A stretch of 64,000 bases of DNA, taken from the IMG/VR virus record IMGVR_UViG_3300032116_000025; one strand, 5' to 3'. This document shows positions 9,433 through 19,113 of the stretch, piece by piece. The notes under the pieces are model-generated. The model saw nothing but the letters and a program-made list of their open reading frames with translations, had not been told where the DNA came from and made no database searches. Every line of letters begins with the position of its first letter. Positions within the stretch are counted from its first letter, which is position 1. The position numbers and the translations under genes were made by a program. Source of the stretch: a virus.

Positions 9433-10986
9433 TCAGGGCTGGCGATACGGGATCACGCAGAGCACGTCGCCCAGTTTGACGGAGAACTCAAACTTGAGTT
9501 GCGCCGCCGTCGCAAGGCTGGTGCCGGGGTAGTAGTCGTTGTTTGCTGAAGCATCAGCGCCTGGACGAAGAAGCTCACCGTTGAGGTAAACATCGTAGTC
9601 GAGCGTAAAGCTACCGGTGCTCATGTCCGGCAACGCCGTGTCGAGGTTGCCGTCAGCGAGGCTTACGTCGGCGTCGGCAACGGTAGTGACCGTAACGTTA
9701 GAGTACACCTTTGCGGCGCGATCCTTCGCGTAGGATGCGTTGATCGCAGCGAGGAGGGACACCTCACCAAAGTTCGCCTCAAATGCGTTCCACTCCGCCG
9801 TGGTGTCAGACAGCTTGATGCCGCTGGTCTGCGCCCACGTCGAGCCGGTCTGGTTACCGTCATCGAGGTACAGCTCACCCGCGCCAAGGATGCGAAGGTC
9901 GTTCGTGGTGGTGCTCTCGATGAGACCCGCCGTCTCACCTACGTTGATGCGCTGACCGCCGGTGTCTACCCGGATGCCCTGGTCGAAGTCGTTGATGACC
10001 GCCGACGAGTCGAAGGTATCGACATCGCCCGACACAAGAAGTGTGGTCGTGCCGCCAGCGCTGCCCTCAGTGATCCGGAAGAGGGTCGCCTCAAGGTCGT
10101 CGCGGATCTCCCAGTAAAGGCCAGCACCCTCGATGTCGAGGATGGCATTGGTGGTGAGGTTGACCGGAGTCGCGCCTTGGTTGTCGTACGCGACCTGGCG
10201 CGTCTCAGACGACGCCGACGGCACATCAACCTCAGCGCCCTTCAGGAAGTCCTGCTCGGTAAGGTCCTCAAGCGCCTTACGCGTGACGGAGGTGTAGTTG
10301 ATGACCTTGTTCTCAACGTCCGCAAACGGAACCGCCTCAAGGTCGTCACCGGTCGCGTTGATGCGCACGAACGAGAGCTGCGCCCGGTTCGGCGTCGTTC
10401 CCGTCATTGTTGAGCCGTCGGTACTCGACTCGGTCTGGAACAACGCGTACACGACGCGGTTGCTCGACAGGACAGGATCACGCGTCGAGGCATCATAGAC
10501 GCCACAAAGGTTCTTCGGGCTGATGGCAGTCGACCCGGCTACCTCCGCCAGATCGTGAGCGCCAAACGAAGCGTTGAACGCGGCAACAGTGCCCGTTGTC
10601 GTGACCGCACCGATGGCCGCCGTCGTATTTGATGGCAGCTCTCCGAGAGCCAGCACGACGAAGTTGTTACCGGCACCCACCGTAACGTCGGTCAGGCTGG
10701 CTGTGGTAACAAGGACACGCTTACGCTCAAGCGCATGCAGGTCCGTATTCAGGTCGTTGACACCACGCTCTGAGCCGAGGTCAAGCGCCGACGGCGTATT
10801 GAGGTCGTCGTACCATTTACCCGCAAAGTTATTGAGGAGGTTGTGGACCTGCGACCGCAGTGAGTTGAGGTCGTCCTCGATGTTGACCGTGTTGGTCTCG
10901 TAGTTCGCCAGAGACGGGGTGATGTTGTCCGTGTAGGCATCGGACTTACGGATCTGCGTGTCTTGACGAATAAATGTACGGGCCAT
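9433..10986 (-). CDS. Putative tail fibre/baseplate-associated protein
   Basis: 517 aa acidic Thr/Gly/Asp-rich; C-terminal DVYLNG..L..G...NDYY module; GGAGGAG RBS. Confidence 0.65.
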   Translation of the reverse strand: MARTFIRQDTQIRKSDAYTDNITPSLANYETNTVNIEDDLNSLRSQVHNLLNNFAGKWYDDLNTPSALDLGSERGVNDLNTDLHALERKRVLVTTASLTDVTVGAGNNFVVLALGELPSNTTAAIGAVTTTGTVAAFNASFGAHDLAEVAGSTAISPKNLCGVYDASTRDPVLSSNRVVYALFQTESSTDGSTMTGTTPNRAQLSFVRINATGDDLEAVPFADVENKVINYTSVTRKALEDLTEQDFLKGAEVDVPSASSETRQVAYDNQGATPVNLTTNAILDIEGAGLYWEIRDDLEATLFRITEGSAGGTTTLLVSGDVDTFDSSAVINDFDQGIRVDTGGQRINVGETAGLIESTTTNDLRILGAGELYLDDGNQTGSTWAQTSGIKLSDTTAEWNAFEANFGEVSLLAAINASYAKDRAAKVYSNVTVTTVADADVSLADGNLDTALPDMSTGSFTLDYDVYLNGELLRPGADASANNDYYPGTSLATAAQLKFEFSVKLGDVLCVIPYRQP

Positions 10987-11013
10987 GGCTCCTCCGGAAG
11001 AAATGCTAACACA

Positions 11014-11709
11014 TCAGGATGCGGGTTCGAAGTCGATCCAAACCTTGTCTCCGACCTTCGGAGCAAAGGCAAACGTTACGGTGTCGTAGCCCGTGGTGGG
11101 ACCGCCAGACTCTGATGTAGTGTAGTCGTTTAGAGCCCCGGGCTCCAACTGCATCCCGTTGTAGTACACGGACTCTTGGGATGGGCCCGAAGTAACAAAC
11201 TTTAGCGCCGAGGCAAAAACAGTGTTTGCTCCGTCAATCGCCCCCGTTAGCTGCTGGCGATGGAGGCGTACGCCGCTGGGGCTAGGCGCAGCCTCAAAAG
11301 ACGCGAGCGGCTGAATAAACAGTTCATCGTCGGATGTAGCTACGCCGATCTGCTGAAATGCGTCAGCTCCACCAGTCGGAGGGTAGTTGGCGTCCCCCGG
11401 AGCAGCGGGTTTGCCGTCAGTGCCAACGACGTAAACCCTGCCGGGCTGAAGCCCGCTGTAAACGGTGAACGGCGCGGTGCCATGAAACTGGGCAAAACAA
11501 ACTGTCGGAGACAGTTTCTTGATGATCACCCCAACGGCGGGAATACCGGCGGTGATTGTAGCGGAAGTAACCCCCGCCACACGCCAAAGATTCCCGCTTC
11601 GAGGAAGGGTAATCCGAACAGCCTGACCGACAGAATCACTAGGCGCGCATGTCGCGCGCCTAACGATTCGTTCAGATCTGGGTACGGATGCCGGGTTTGC
11701 CTTGTACAT
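11014..11709 (-). CDS. Putative virion structural protein
   Basis: LTGAIDGANTVF and VYYNGM.L.PG..NDYT module shared with 9433..10986. Confidence 0.6.
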   Translation of the reverse strand: MYKANPASVPRSERIVRRATCAPSDSVGQAVRITLPRSGNLWRVAGVTSATITAGIPAVGVIIKKLSPTVCFAQFHGTAPFTVYSGLQPGRVYVVGTDGKPAAPGDANYPPTGGADAFQQIGVATSDDELFIQPLASFEAAPSPSGVRLHRQQLTGAIDGANTVFASALKFVTSGPSQESVYYNGMQLEPGALNDYTTSESGGPTTGYDTVTFAFAPKVGDKVWIDFEPAS

Positions 11710-11712
11710 GGG

Positions 11713-12159
11713 TCAGCACTGCGTCAGGGCAAAGACCCCGTTAGGGTCGAACTCGATGACGTAGTTTACCCCGGTCGGCGGGGTTGTTGGAAAGTCAATG
11801 AAGCAGATGAGGGGGTCGTCGCCCGGCGTAACGTCGCTTCCGCCTATCTGCTTATAGATGATCAGCCCGCTTGGGGCTGCGGACACGCCAGACAACAGCG
11901 GGAACACCACGCTGTCTGCTCGGCACAGCGCTCGATTACCCGGAAGATCTAGCTGGGCACTCCGGTTAACAATGTTAACTCGCTGGTACGTTCCCCCAGA
12001 GACCTCAAACCCGAGGATGTCCGCCACGGTAGTCTGGACATGGTTGAACGCGTATACCGATCCAACCAAAAGCCCTCTAAATACGACAGACGGGCTCACC
12101 CATCCGAGTGAGTCCGTCGCCATCAAGAGCTTAGCGTTGGCGTATACAGCGGAGGACAC
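11713..12159 (-). CDS. Putative tail-associated protein
   Basis: VYANAK..LV..Y..N..H..EVSGGTY.R..LI..IDF pattern common in phage tail regions. Confidence 0.6.
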   Translation of the reverse strand: MSSAVYANAKLLMATDSLGWVSPSVVFRGLLVGSVYAFNHVQTTVADILGFEVSGGTYQRVNIVNRSAQLDLPGNRALCRADSVVFPLLSGVSAAPSGLIIYKQIGGSDVTPGDDPLICFIDFPTTPPTGVNYVIEFDPNGVFALTQC

Positions 12160-12163
12160 GGGA

Positions 12164-12400
12164 TTACGCGGGTGTCCCGGCTAGAAAGCTGTTGATGTCA
12201 TCGATGACCAGCACGCGCGCCTCAGTTGTATTGCTACGAGCTAGGCGTTCTGATCCCGTTCGTCCACGAAGAACCGACTTCGCGAACGTTACCTCGTCGT
12301 CGATCCGTTTAATTTCTCGCTCGTGCCAGTCGTCTAGCGCAGACTTTAGCTCATCGAGGAGAGCATTTCTTGCCTCTACAGACGCTTGAGAGTCCGGCAT
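12164..12400 (-). CDS. Hypothetical protein
   Basis: 78 aa, tightly packed between neighbours. Confidence 0.6.
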   Translation of the reverse strand: MPDSQASVEARNALLDELKSALDDWHEREIKRIDDEVTFAKSVLRGRTGSERLARSNTTEARVLVIDDINSFLAGTPA

Positions 12401-12402
12401 TG

Positions 12403-13221
12403 CTATTCCTTCTTAAGCACAGGGCCAATGATTCGCTCTACGCGCGTTTTTAGGTCATAGGCTCGGTGCGGCGGGATGCCCATCTTCTTTGCGATCTGCT
12501 GCGGAGTAAGCTGAGAGTCGCCCGCGGCGGGAAGATGAAACTCCGCGTACTGCCGTTCTTCCGGAGACATTTTGCTCTTCATAAGGAGAAATGCGTCCCG
12601 AGGAGACGCTACGTCTAGCTCCTCAGTAAGGTCTGTCCCCATGTGCGTATGCACTTCCGGAGAAAATCCCGTCTTTAGTTCCTTGATCCTCTTGATAGAC
12701 ATTCCTGGCAGCTTTTGCTGAAGCTCCAGAGCCGTGGGCTCTCGCCCGTAAAGATCAACAAACTCGTTTCGAGCGTTAGAAAACTCGCTGTATCGTCCGA
12801 TGTTTTCTTTGCTCATGTAAAGTGCGTTTCTGTTCTGGGCTACAAAGTCAGAAACGCGCTGAAAGTTGTTGTTGATGTGTGTGCTCAGCTGTGTCTTCTT
12901 TGCCGGATCGTAAGTCTGAATGGCTCTTACGGTTGCGTTGCGAAGCTCGTTCTTCATCGAGTCATAGGGGATCGCTCCGCCTAAGCTCTTCATGCGCTTG
13001 TTCGCCTCCCTAGAGATCATTGGATCAAGAGAAGTGAGAAGCGGCTCTAGGTGCTCAGGGGTCCTCCCACCTTCGTGCCACGTACGCCACTGGTCTAGTT
13101 CCTGCCCTCGCCTAGACCGCAGCTCCGCATAGCGCTCCTTGGCTTGACGCTGCCGAGCCTCGGTCATGGCGCCCACGGCGGACGCTGACTCCTTGATGAA
13201 CTCGTCAATCGGCTGATTCAC
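12403..13221 (-). CDS. Phage-encoded sigma70-family sigma factor
   Basis: Region 2 RAIQTYDPAKKTQLSTH, region 3 GREPT..EL...L, region 4 MSPEER..LTPQQIAKKMGI HTH; GGAGG RBS. Confidence 0.8.
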   Translation of the reverse strand: MNQPIDEFIKESASAVGAMTEARQRQAKERYAELRSRRGQELDQWRTWHEGGRTPEHLEPLLTSLDPMISREANKRMKSLGGAIPYDSMKNELRNATVRAIQTYDPAKKTQLSTHINNNFQRVSDFVAQNRNALYMSKENIGRYSEFSNARNEFVDLYGREPTALELQQKLPGMSIKRIKELKTGFSPEVHTHMGTDLTEELDVASPRDAFLLMKSKMSPEERQYAEFHLPAAGDSQLTPQQIAKKMGIPPHRAYDLKTRVERIIGPVLKKE

Positions 13222-13236
13222 AGGGTCCTCCGCAAG

Positions 13237-13244
13237 CTGATAGG
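13237..13244 (-). promoter_or_regulatory. CCTATCAG element (upstream of sigma gene)
   Basis: Exact motif 15 nt before GTG. Confidence 0.7.
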
Positions 13245-13634
13245 CTAGAGCCCGGTGTTCATTGGACCAACGCCAGACAGCCCTTGGGGTTGGGTAGCCG
13301 GTGTGTTCTTGCGTAAGGCGTTCTTTGGAGAAATATCGGGGTTGATTACCCCATCTACAGGCTTTACCGACTTTACGCCCGGAGCCTGAAGCGTCGGCTT
13401 GCCCACGCGAGGAGCAGGCATGGTGCCGGGAACGCCTTTTTGAGACACAAACTTGCCCACGCTTTGAGAGGGGCTTGCTGGCATCTTAAGAGACATCGCG
13501 ATCTTCGCAAAGAAGGGGGCTAGGATGTCCTCCGCAATCTTGTGCTTCCTTTTCTTGTGACGCGCGTTGACCCGCTTTCCGCTCTCGTAAAGGTACTTGA
13601 CAGTCGTTGGCGTCATGATCCTTTCAACGCCCAT
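13245..13634 (-). CDS. Basic, Pro-rich hypothetical protein with KIA motifs
   Basis: HKIAE, FFAKIAM. Confidence 0.6.
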   Translation of the reverse strand: MGVERIMTPTTVKYLYESGKRVNARHKKRKHKIAEDILAPFFAKIAMSLKMPASPSQSVGKFVSQKGVPGTMPAPRVGKPTLQAPGVKSVKPVDGVINPDISPKNALRKNTPATQPQGLSGVGPMNTGL

Positions 13635-14115
13635 TTGAGTGCTCCTGAACGTAGCGTTTTACTGTTTTTTGATCTTCGCCGCGATCAATCATTTCGCGAA
13701 TTGCCTGGATAGCAGATCCGCTAAGTGCTCCACGGGTAACGTTCTTCCCTAGGTCTCCGCCGGTAAGCTGCTTTGTGACTCCCTGCATCGCGCCAGCACG
13801 ACCGCCTTGGATTAAGCCCTTAACCCCCTCGCCTGCGGCAGCCACAAGAGGGTAGGCAACCGTCATTACCCCGGTGGTTTTTGCGTAACGACCAAGCGTT
13901 TTCTTCTTGGATAGCCGCTTAGCTGCGTCCAGAGCTTCATCGTCGCTGATCTCCTCAGCAGCAAGCTTTAGCTCTTCAAAAAACGCAGACCAAGCCGGTC
14001 CTAAGCTGGCTTTCTTTGCGTGACTCATGTGTCGCCTTCCCGCGCCGTGCATACGGTCGATAAGCGTCTGGGCAGAAATGCTTGGGCTTCCGGACCGCGG
14101 TACAAACGTCGGCAT
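13624..14115 (-). CDS. Hypothetical protein with AFFEELKLAA motif
   Basis: 163 aa; KKAS and KLAA motifs, Gly-rich C-terminal helices. Confidence 0.65.
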   Translation of the reverse strand: MPTFVPRSGSPSISAQTLIDRMHGAGRRHMSHAKKASLGPAWSAFFEELKLAAEEISDDEALDAAKRLSKKKTLGRYAKTTGVMTVAYPLVAAAGEGVKGLIQGGRAGAMQGVTKQLTGGDLGKNVTRGALSGSAIQAIREMIDRGEDQKTVKRYVQEHSNGR

Positions 14116-14137
14116 GGTTTCCGATTGTACGACAGAC

Positions 14138-17100
14138 TCAGCCTAGAACGCCACAGGTAGCAAACATGGTGTAAAGGTACCGAAGCACCGCCACCCGTTT
14201 TTCCTTTCTGGTGTCTAGGCGAGCTGAAATAGCCTGGTCCCGCCTAGCCCGTGTTGCCTCAGCCCCCGTAGTCTCATCTGGATCCCGAATAGTTAGCCCA
14301 AGGATCGTTTGCGGGCGAGTGCCGTCGCCCGGCCCGATGATTCTTCGCAGATCATCAAAGTCTCCAAACGCTCGCGAGTGGAACCCCTCCACTCCTTGAG
14401 TCACAGAACCATCATCTGCAATCTGAAGGTTGGCCGTGCCAAACAGATCCACCATTGAGGCGATTGGGCGCCAAGTATACGCCTTGATAAACTGGTGAAC
14501 GTCAAACTGGTTTAGCTTGACGAGGCTGTAGATTCGCACCAGCTCTTCAGTAGCTTCGCTGATGACACTCCGCTCTTGAGATCCCAAAATAGCGGATCTT
14601 ACGACGCGGTCCTCTGTGGTTGGCGGAGTTCCGGCTGGCCCAAGGATCTCTCCCTCTGCCACAGCAGGTTCTGACGTACCTGGTTGGGGACCAGACGCTG
14701 CCGGGTCGTTAAACTCTCCACGCGCCAACGAGCTGATTAGCGTAGAGAACTCCTCGTTCATGGTTACACGAAGGGTTCTATCTACTCCATCGGCTGGCGT
14801 TGCCGCTCCTGGGTCTGCCCGAGAAGAGTCAGCGCTTCCGGCTACTACGCGAAGTGGGTCTGTGATAGCGCCTACGCTAAAGAAGTAAGCGTACAGGCCG
14901 CCTACCTGCTCAGACCGCCACTGATCCCCGTACCACGGCGGGAAGGTAAGAACCTCGGGGGGCAGGTTAACCGACTCACGCCGGTACGCCCCTAGGTTTT
15001 CTACAATCCGGTACGCGCGGAAAGTAACGAGGGTTTCTGTAGTTACAGATCCACCGCTTCCCGCTGACGCTGACGCATCCCACGGTGCACGGTTTACCGT
15101 AGAAGAATTGTAGAGCCCCCCGGCGCCTACGTAGGCTACGACCTCCGGGCCGTAGTTAGCCGCAGGCTGCTCTATTCCAACACGAACGCGCGTGCCACGG
15201 CGAGCCCGTCCTCGGAATGCAACGTCGTCAATGTAGAGCGGAACAGTGCGGTCAGAAGCTCTGCGGCTTGCTGGAGGCAGCGCCGTGCTGCCAGCCAAAA
15301 CAGTTGTTCCGGTAGCACCGGTGGTCCCTGCGGCACCGGTGCCGGGGGTACTGCTAGGCCCACTAGTCTCCGTTCGGCGCGCGGTTCTTGCCCGAGCTAC
15401 CCTCCGCAGGAACTCAGAGGTGATATCTCTAACCTCTACAATCGTTCCACCCCGAAACCCGACCCCCCCAACCTGCGGCGGGCGTAAGGCCCCAACTTCT
15501 GTGACTACCCGAACGTTGCGGTTTCTTCGGCCTGTTGTTCCTACGTTATCGCCAAGAAACTCCGTGCGCTCACTTGTTGTCCGGGCGTACGACATCTGAA
15601 TCTGCGTCGTGCCCCCAGACTGAGTGTCCAGACTATGGGAGATAAGCTCTGGCGTTCCTAGGTAATGCGTATTGGGCCGAGCTTCCAATACGTCAGAAAG
15701 CACCTCGTAGATTCGGGCGCTTTCCGCGGCCAGCCTTGCGTCTAGCTCAGCTTGCGGAACGCCTGACCGAATGATGCCCTCACCGTCTGCAATCGCTTCT
15801 GCAAGACGCGCGGCTACCGCTGAAGAGTAGGTACTCTCGCGAAGAGAGTCGGTGGGCAAGTACCGGTCAATAACCAGCATGGGAAAGCCCAGCACGCAGT
15901 ACGGGTTGAACTTTCCCGCAAGCTGTAGCTGTCGGCTTTGGAACCGCTGCTGGAAAAAGATGAAGTTGCAGGCTAGCTGGGCATAGCCAAGCCGAACGTT
16001 CTCGACATCGTAGTAACCCCCTCGCAGTGCGTGAAGGTTTAGGTCGCTCATGCGCTCAAACGCTGGAATGATCCCTGTGTAAAGTTCGTGATCCATGAGA
16101 TCACGGCGAATATGCAGGGGATAGTCGGCGTTTGTAAGCTCCGGGTCCCGCGCAGTAACCGGCGGACGCGTACCAGACCGCGCCCCCGACAACCTTGACG
16201 GAGCCATGTAAAAGCCGTCAAACAGAATATCGCTGCCAAAGAACGCAGAGTGCGTCCGAAGCAAGAGGCGAGAAGTCTCCTGCATGTAGTTACGGCTGTA
16301 GCTAAAGTTGCTGTACAGCTCGGGGAAGATGACGTTGCACCGGGGAGGTGCAACCATCCAAGCATTGGGGCGGTAGATCTGAGTAAGTAGCCTAGGCGGA
16401 GGATCAGGCTGCTGGGTAGTGCGCTGGATCCTGCGGCGAACGCTTGCGCGCAAGACGTCTTCCATAAGCCCAATGATCTCGTCAAGGATACGAGATACGT
16501 CGCTGGAGGTTGGGCTTGTGTTGACGGGGAGAACCCGGCGGTCTCCCGGGACGCGAAGCATTGAGCCAATGCCCCCGGTGCGCCCTCCCCACCGCTCTGA
16601 CGCAGTCTCAAAGTTCGCAGCGACTGTCGGTATCCCCCAGAAGTCTGTCAGAGGACTTCCCGCCCGCCCTCGGCCGACCGCGCGAGCTAGGCGCGACGCA
16701 CGAACACACACCCTGTTCTGGTTTAGCAACTCTGCGCGGAGTCCACCTCGGAGGTTGCTCTCACGCAAAGCATCATCCGCGGTGTTACAGCGAGCTAGGC
16801 GCTCTTTTAGGTCTAGCGCCCTGCTCTTTACCCGATCCGCGATCCTAGCAAGCGGGGCGGTTTCCTCGTCTTGGTCAATGGTGTGCGTTTCGTAGCGAGG
16901 AATGTTGGGATCGTAAAGCGGCGGAATATACCGGGGCGAGGTGATCGGAATAATCTCGTGAAAGATGTAGCGCTGAAGCGCTAGCAGGATTTGCCTGATG
17001 GATACAAGGCGGCCAAGCCCGGCTAGATTCCGACGAAATAGCGAGCCAAAGCCGTTGGCCCGCATGAGGCGCTGCTCATCCCGGTTTGTGTAAGGGCTTG

Positions 17101-17854
17101 CTCCCACCATTTGGGTCAGGTGGAGTCGGATTTCAGCAAGACTAAAGAAATCGTTTACGCCACGGATCGCTCGCCTACCGTAATACACGCCACCGATCGC
17201 CTCAATGACGTGCATTAGTCCGGCCATGAGCGTTCCGCTCATGTTCGGGTACGAACGTGGAGGGGTGTTCATGATGCGGCTGACGATGTCCGCGCTTCCC
17301 TCAAGGAAGTCGTTAAACACCGTAGTAGACGCGCCCGTAAACGCTCCCCGAATACCAGCCCCGCCAAGGCTAAAACCAGAGACCTGGTACTGGTAGGCAA
17401 TGTCCCAGTAGCTAGACCAATCTAGGCACTGAAGAGTGATGCTTCGGGACATGGGTGACTTACTAAACCCAAACCCAACAACCTCTCCACCAAAGATCAG
17501 CTTGTAGTTCTCGTTTAGTAGATCTGTCTCGTCTTGATCTGGCGTGCTTTCAAACCGCTCAGGGGGAAAAAGGCCAGCCAACTCTGGATCAACCCCGTCC
17601 TCCCGTGCAGACACGAATGTCCCAGGAGCCCCAATGCTAACGACATCTGCCGGCGGGACGCCGTTGTAGATGTCGTACATAAACAAGTGTACGAGGGTCC
17701 TAGGCCTTAAGTCTAAGGCATAGTCATTTGCTGGAATCTGGATAGACGCTACGGCGGGTGAGTTCTTTTGGGACTGAATCTGTGCCGATACAACAGGCAC
17801 CTCAACGCCCTCAAGAAACAGCCGCAGTCGAAGTAGGTGTCCGTAGACGGCCAT
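14138..17854 (-). CDS. Large tail/baseplate hub-like protein
   Basis: 1238 aa, downstream of tape-measure-like gene; LRLFLEGVEVPV N-terminus; call is positional inference. Confidence 0.55.
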   Translation of the reverse strand: MAVYGHLLRLRLFLEGVEVPVVSAQIQSQKNSPAVASIQIPANDYALDLRPRTLVHLFMYDIYNGVPPADVVSIGAPGTFVSAREDGVDPELAGLFPPERFESTPDQDETDLLNENYKLIFGGEVVGFGFSKSPMSRSITLQCLDWSSYWDIAYQYQVSGFSLGGAGIRGAFTGASTTVFNDFLEGSADIVSRIMNTPPRSYPNMSGTLMAGLMHVIEAIGGVYYGRRAIRGVNDFFSLAEIRLHLTQMVGASPYTNRDEQRLMRANGFGSLFRRNLAGLGRLVSIRQILLALQRYIFHEIIPITSPRYIPPLYDPNIPRYETHTIDQDEETAPLARIADRVKSRALDLKERLARCNTADDALRESNLRGGLRAELLNQNRVCVRASRLARAVGRGRAGSPLTDFWGIPTVAANFETASERWGGRTGGIGSMLRVPGDRRVLPVNTSPTSSDVSRILDEIIGLMEDVLRASVRRRIQRTTQQPDPPPRLLTQIYRPNAWMVAPPRCNVIFPELYSNFSYSRNYMQETSRLLLRTHSAFFGSDILFDGFYMAPSRLSGARSGTRPPVTARDPELTNADYPLHIRRDLMDHELYTGIIPAFERMSDLNLHALRGGYYDVENVRLGYAQLACNFIFFQQRFQSRQLQLAGKFNPYCVLGFPMLVIDRYLPTDSLRESTYSSAVAARLAEAIADGEGIIRSGVPQAELDARLAAESARIYEVLSDVLEARPNTHYLGTPELISHSLDTQSGGTTQIQMSYARTTSERTEFLGDNVGTTGRRNRNVRVVTEVGALRPPQVGGVGFRGGTIVEVRDITSEFLRRVARARTARRTETSGPSSTPGTGAAGTTGATGTTVLAGSTALPPASRRASDRTVPLYIDDVAFRGRARRGTRVRVGIEQPAANYGPEVVAYVGAGGLYNSSTVNRAPWDASASAGSGGSVTTETLVTFRAYRIVENLGAYRRESVNLPPEVLTFPPWYGDQWRSEQVGGLYAYFFSVGAITDPLRVVAGSADSSRADPGAATPADGVDRTLRVTMNEEFSTLISSLARGEFNDPAASGPQPGTSEPAVAEGEILGPAGTPPTTEDRVVRSAILGSQERSVISEATEELVRIYSLVKLNQFDVHQFIKAYTWRPIASMVDLFGTANLQIADDGSVTQGVEGFHSRAFGDFDDLRRIIGPGDGTRPQTILGLTIRDPDETTGAEATRARRDQAISARLDTRKEKRVAVLRYLYTMFATCGVLG

Positions 17855-17858
17855 TAGA

Positions 17859-19088
17859 TCAGAGCCCCAGGTTGGCTACGTTTTGTGCTTGAGCAACAGC
17901 CTCTGGGCTTAAAGACCCACCAGCCTGCCGGTACCCAAACGCCCCAAAGGTTCGTCGTGCTGCAAAAGCTCCTGCGCCTAGCAGCATCGCCGAGACGCTA
18001 CGACCAGTAGCATCTACGCCAAACTTCTTTAGTACCTGCTGAGCCTTTTCCTCAAGCGCCTCTGGAGAGTTCAACCTAAGCTGCTCCTGAACTCTGGCCG
18101 TTTCGGCGTCATCAACCAGCAGCGGCGAAGGCTCTCGAACCACATACTCGTCAAAGTTCTCGTAATACGGCACGCCTACCGGAGGAGCCGAAAACTGCGC
18201 TTGGTTTGCAAGTGTGTTGGCCCTGGACCAAATGCCCCGCGGGTTAGTAAGCGGATCGGGCGGATTAAAGAACGTGTCCCGGTACTGCTGAACTGTCCGT
18301 TGAATAGTCACGGAGGCATCCAACGCAAACCGCCGCATCTGCGCTAGGTTTGCGTTTAGGCCCGCGCTTCCCGGAGAGTTTCTACTTGCTGCCGCAGCAG
18401 TTGCTGCTGCTCCTTCTGGCGTATCCGGGGCAATCCCGCCTTCAGGAATAGGGGAAGCCCCAACTTCTTCTTCCGTAAACGTCATGTCCGCGTTACGCCA
18501 GTTAGTGATTCCAGGGCGGCTCAGGTCCGCGTACTGGCACACGTACATCTGGAACTGAAACTGGACGTGATACGGAGAGTCTGAAGCGTAGTTGACGCTT
18601 GATTGCAGAATGTAGCCCTCTACGACGAGATCATCAAAGTACAAGTAAAGACGAGCGTTTTGCTCCACAAGACGTGTACCTCGAAGGTGCCTCTCGTAGT
18701 TCTCCAAAAACTCGTTTTTCCAGTTGAAGTCTTTGGTGTTGAGCAGCACCCCGGCAAACGTCATGATCCGGGGACGCTCTCCAAAGAAGAAGATGTAGTC
18801 CTCGCCAAAGGTTTCTACGATCTGCTGCTTCTCTACCCGCTGCTCAGAAACTTGCTGAAGAATGAAGTTTGAGTACCTGGTGCTGTACCCGACCCCGTCT
18901 TCGCTGTCAGCGCTGGAGCTGTCAAAGATAGGGATCTCCTCGCCAGTAGCCTTGATGACCCGGATGACCGCGTACGTGTCTTCCTTGATCTCAATTCCGC
19001 GAAGAGGTCGGCGGACGTTCTCGTAGGTCTGTGTCTCTCGGCCTACGTCGGAGAACGCGTCGGTAGCCACCGTAATGTAGACAGCCAT
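17859..19088 (-). CDS. Putative tail/baseplate protein
   Basis: 409 aa; EKQQIVETFGEDYIFFFGERP beta-rich domain; between tape measure and hub-like genes. Confidence 0.55.
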   Translation of the reverse strand: MAVYITVATDAFSDVGRETQTYENVRRPLRGIEIKEDTYAVIRVIKATGEEIPIFDSSSADSEDGVGYSTRYSNFILQQVSEQRVEKQQIVETFGEDYIFFFGERPRIMTFAGVLLNTKDFNWKNEFLENYERHLRGTRLVEQNARLYLYFDDLVVEGYILQSSVNYASDSPYHVQFQFQMYVCQYADLSRPGITNWRNADMTFTEEEVGASPIPEGGIAPDTPEGAAATAAAASRNSPGSAGLNANLAQMRRFALDASVTIQRTVQQYRDTFFNPPDPLTNPRGIWSRANTLANQAQFSAPPVGVPYYENFDEYVVREPSPLLVDDAETARVQEQLRLNSPEALEEKAQQVLKKFGVDATGRSVSAMLLGAGAFAARRTFGAFGYRQAGGSLSPEAVAQAQNVANLGL

Positions 19089-19096
19089 GCGTGTAG

Positions 19097-19104
19097 CCTA
19101 TCAG
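19097..19104 (+). promoter_or_regulatory. CCTATCAG element
   Basis: 9 nt before ATG 19114. Confidence 0.7.
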
Positions 19105-19113
19105 CAGGCGGAC

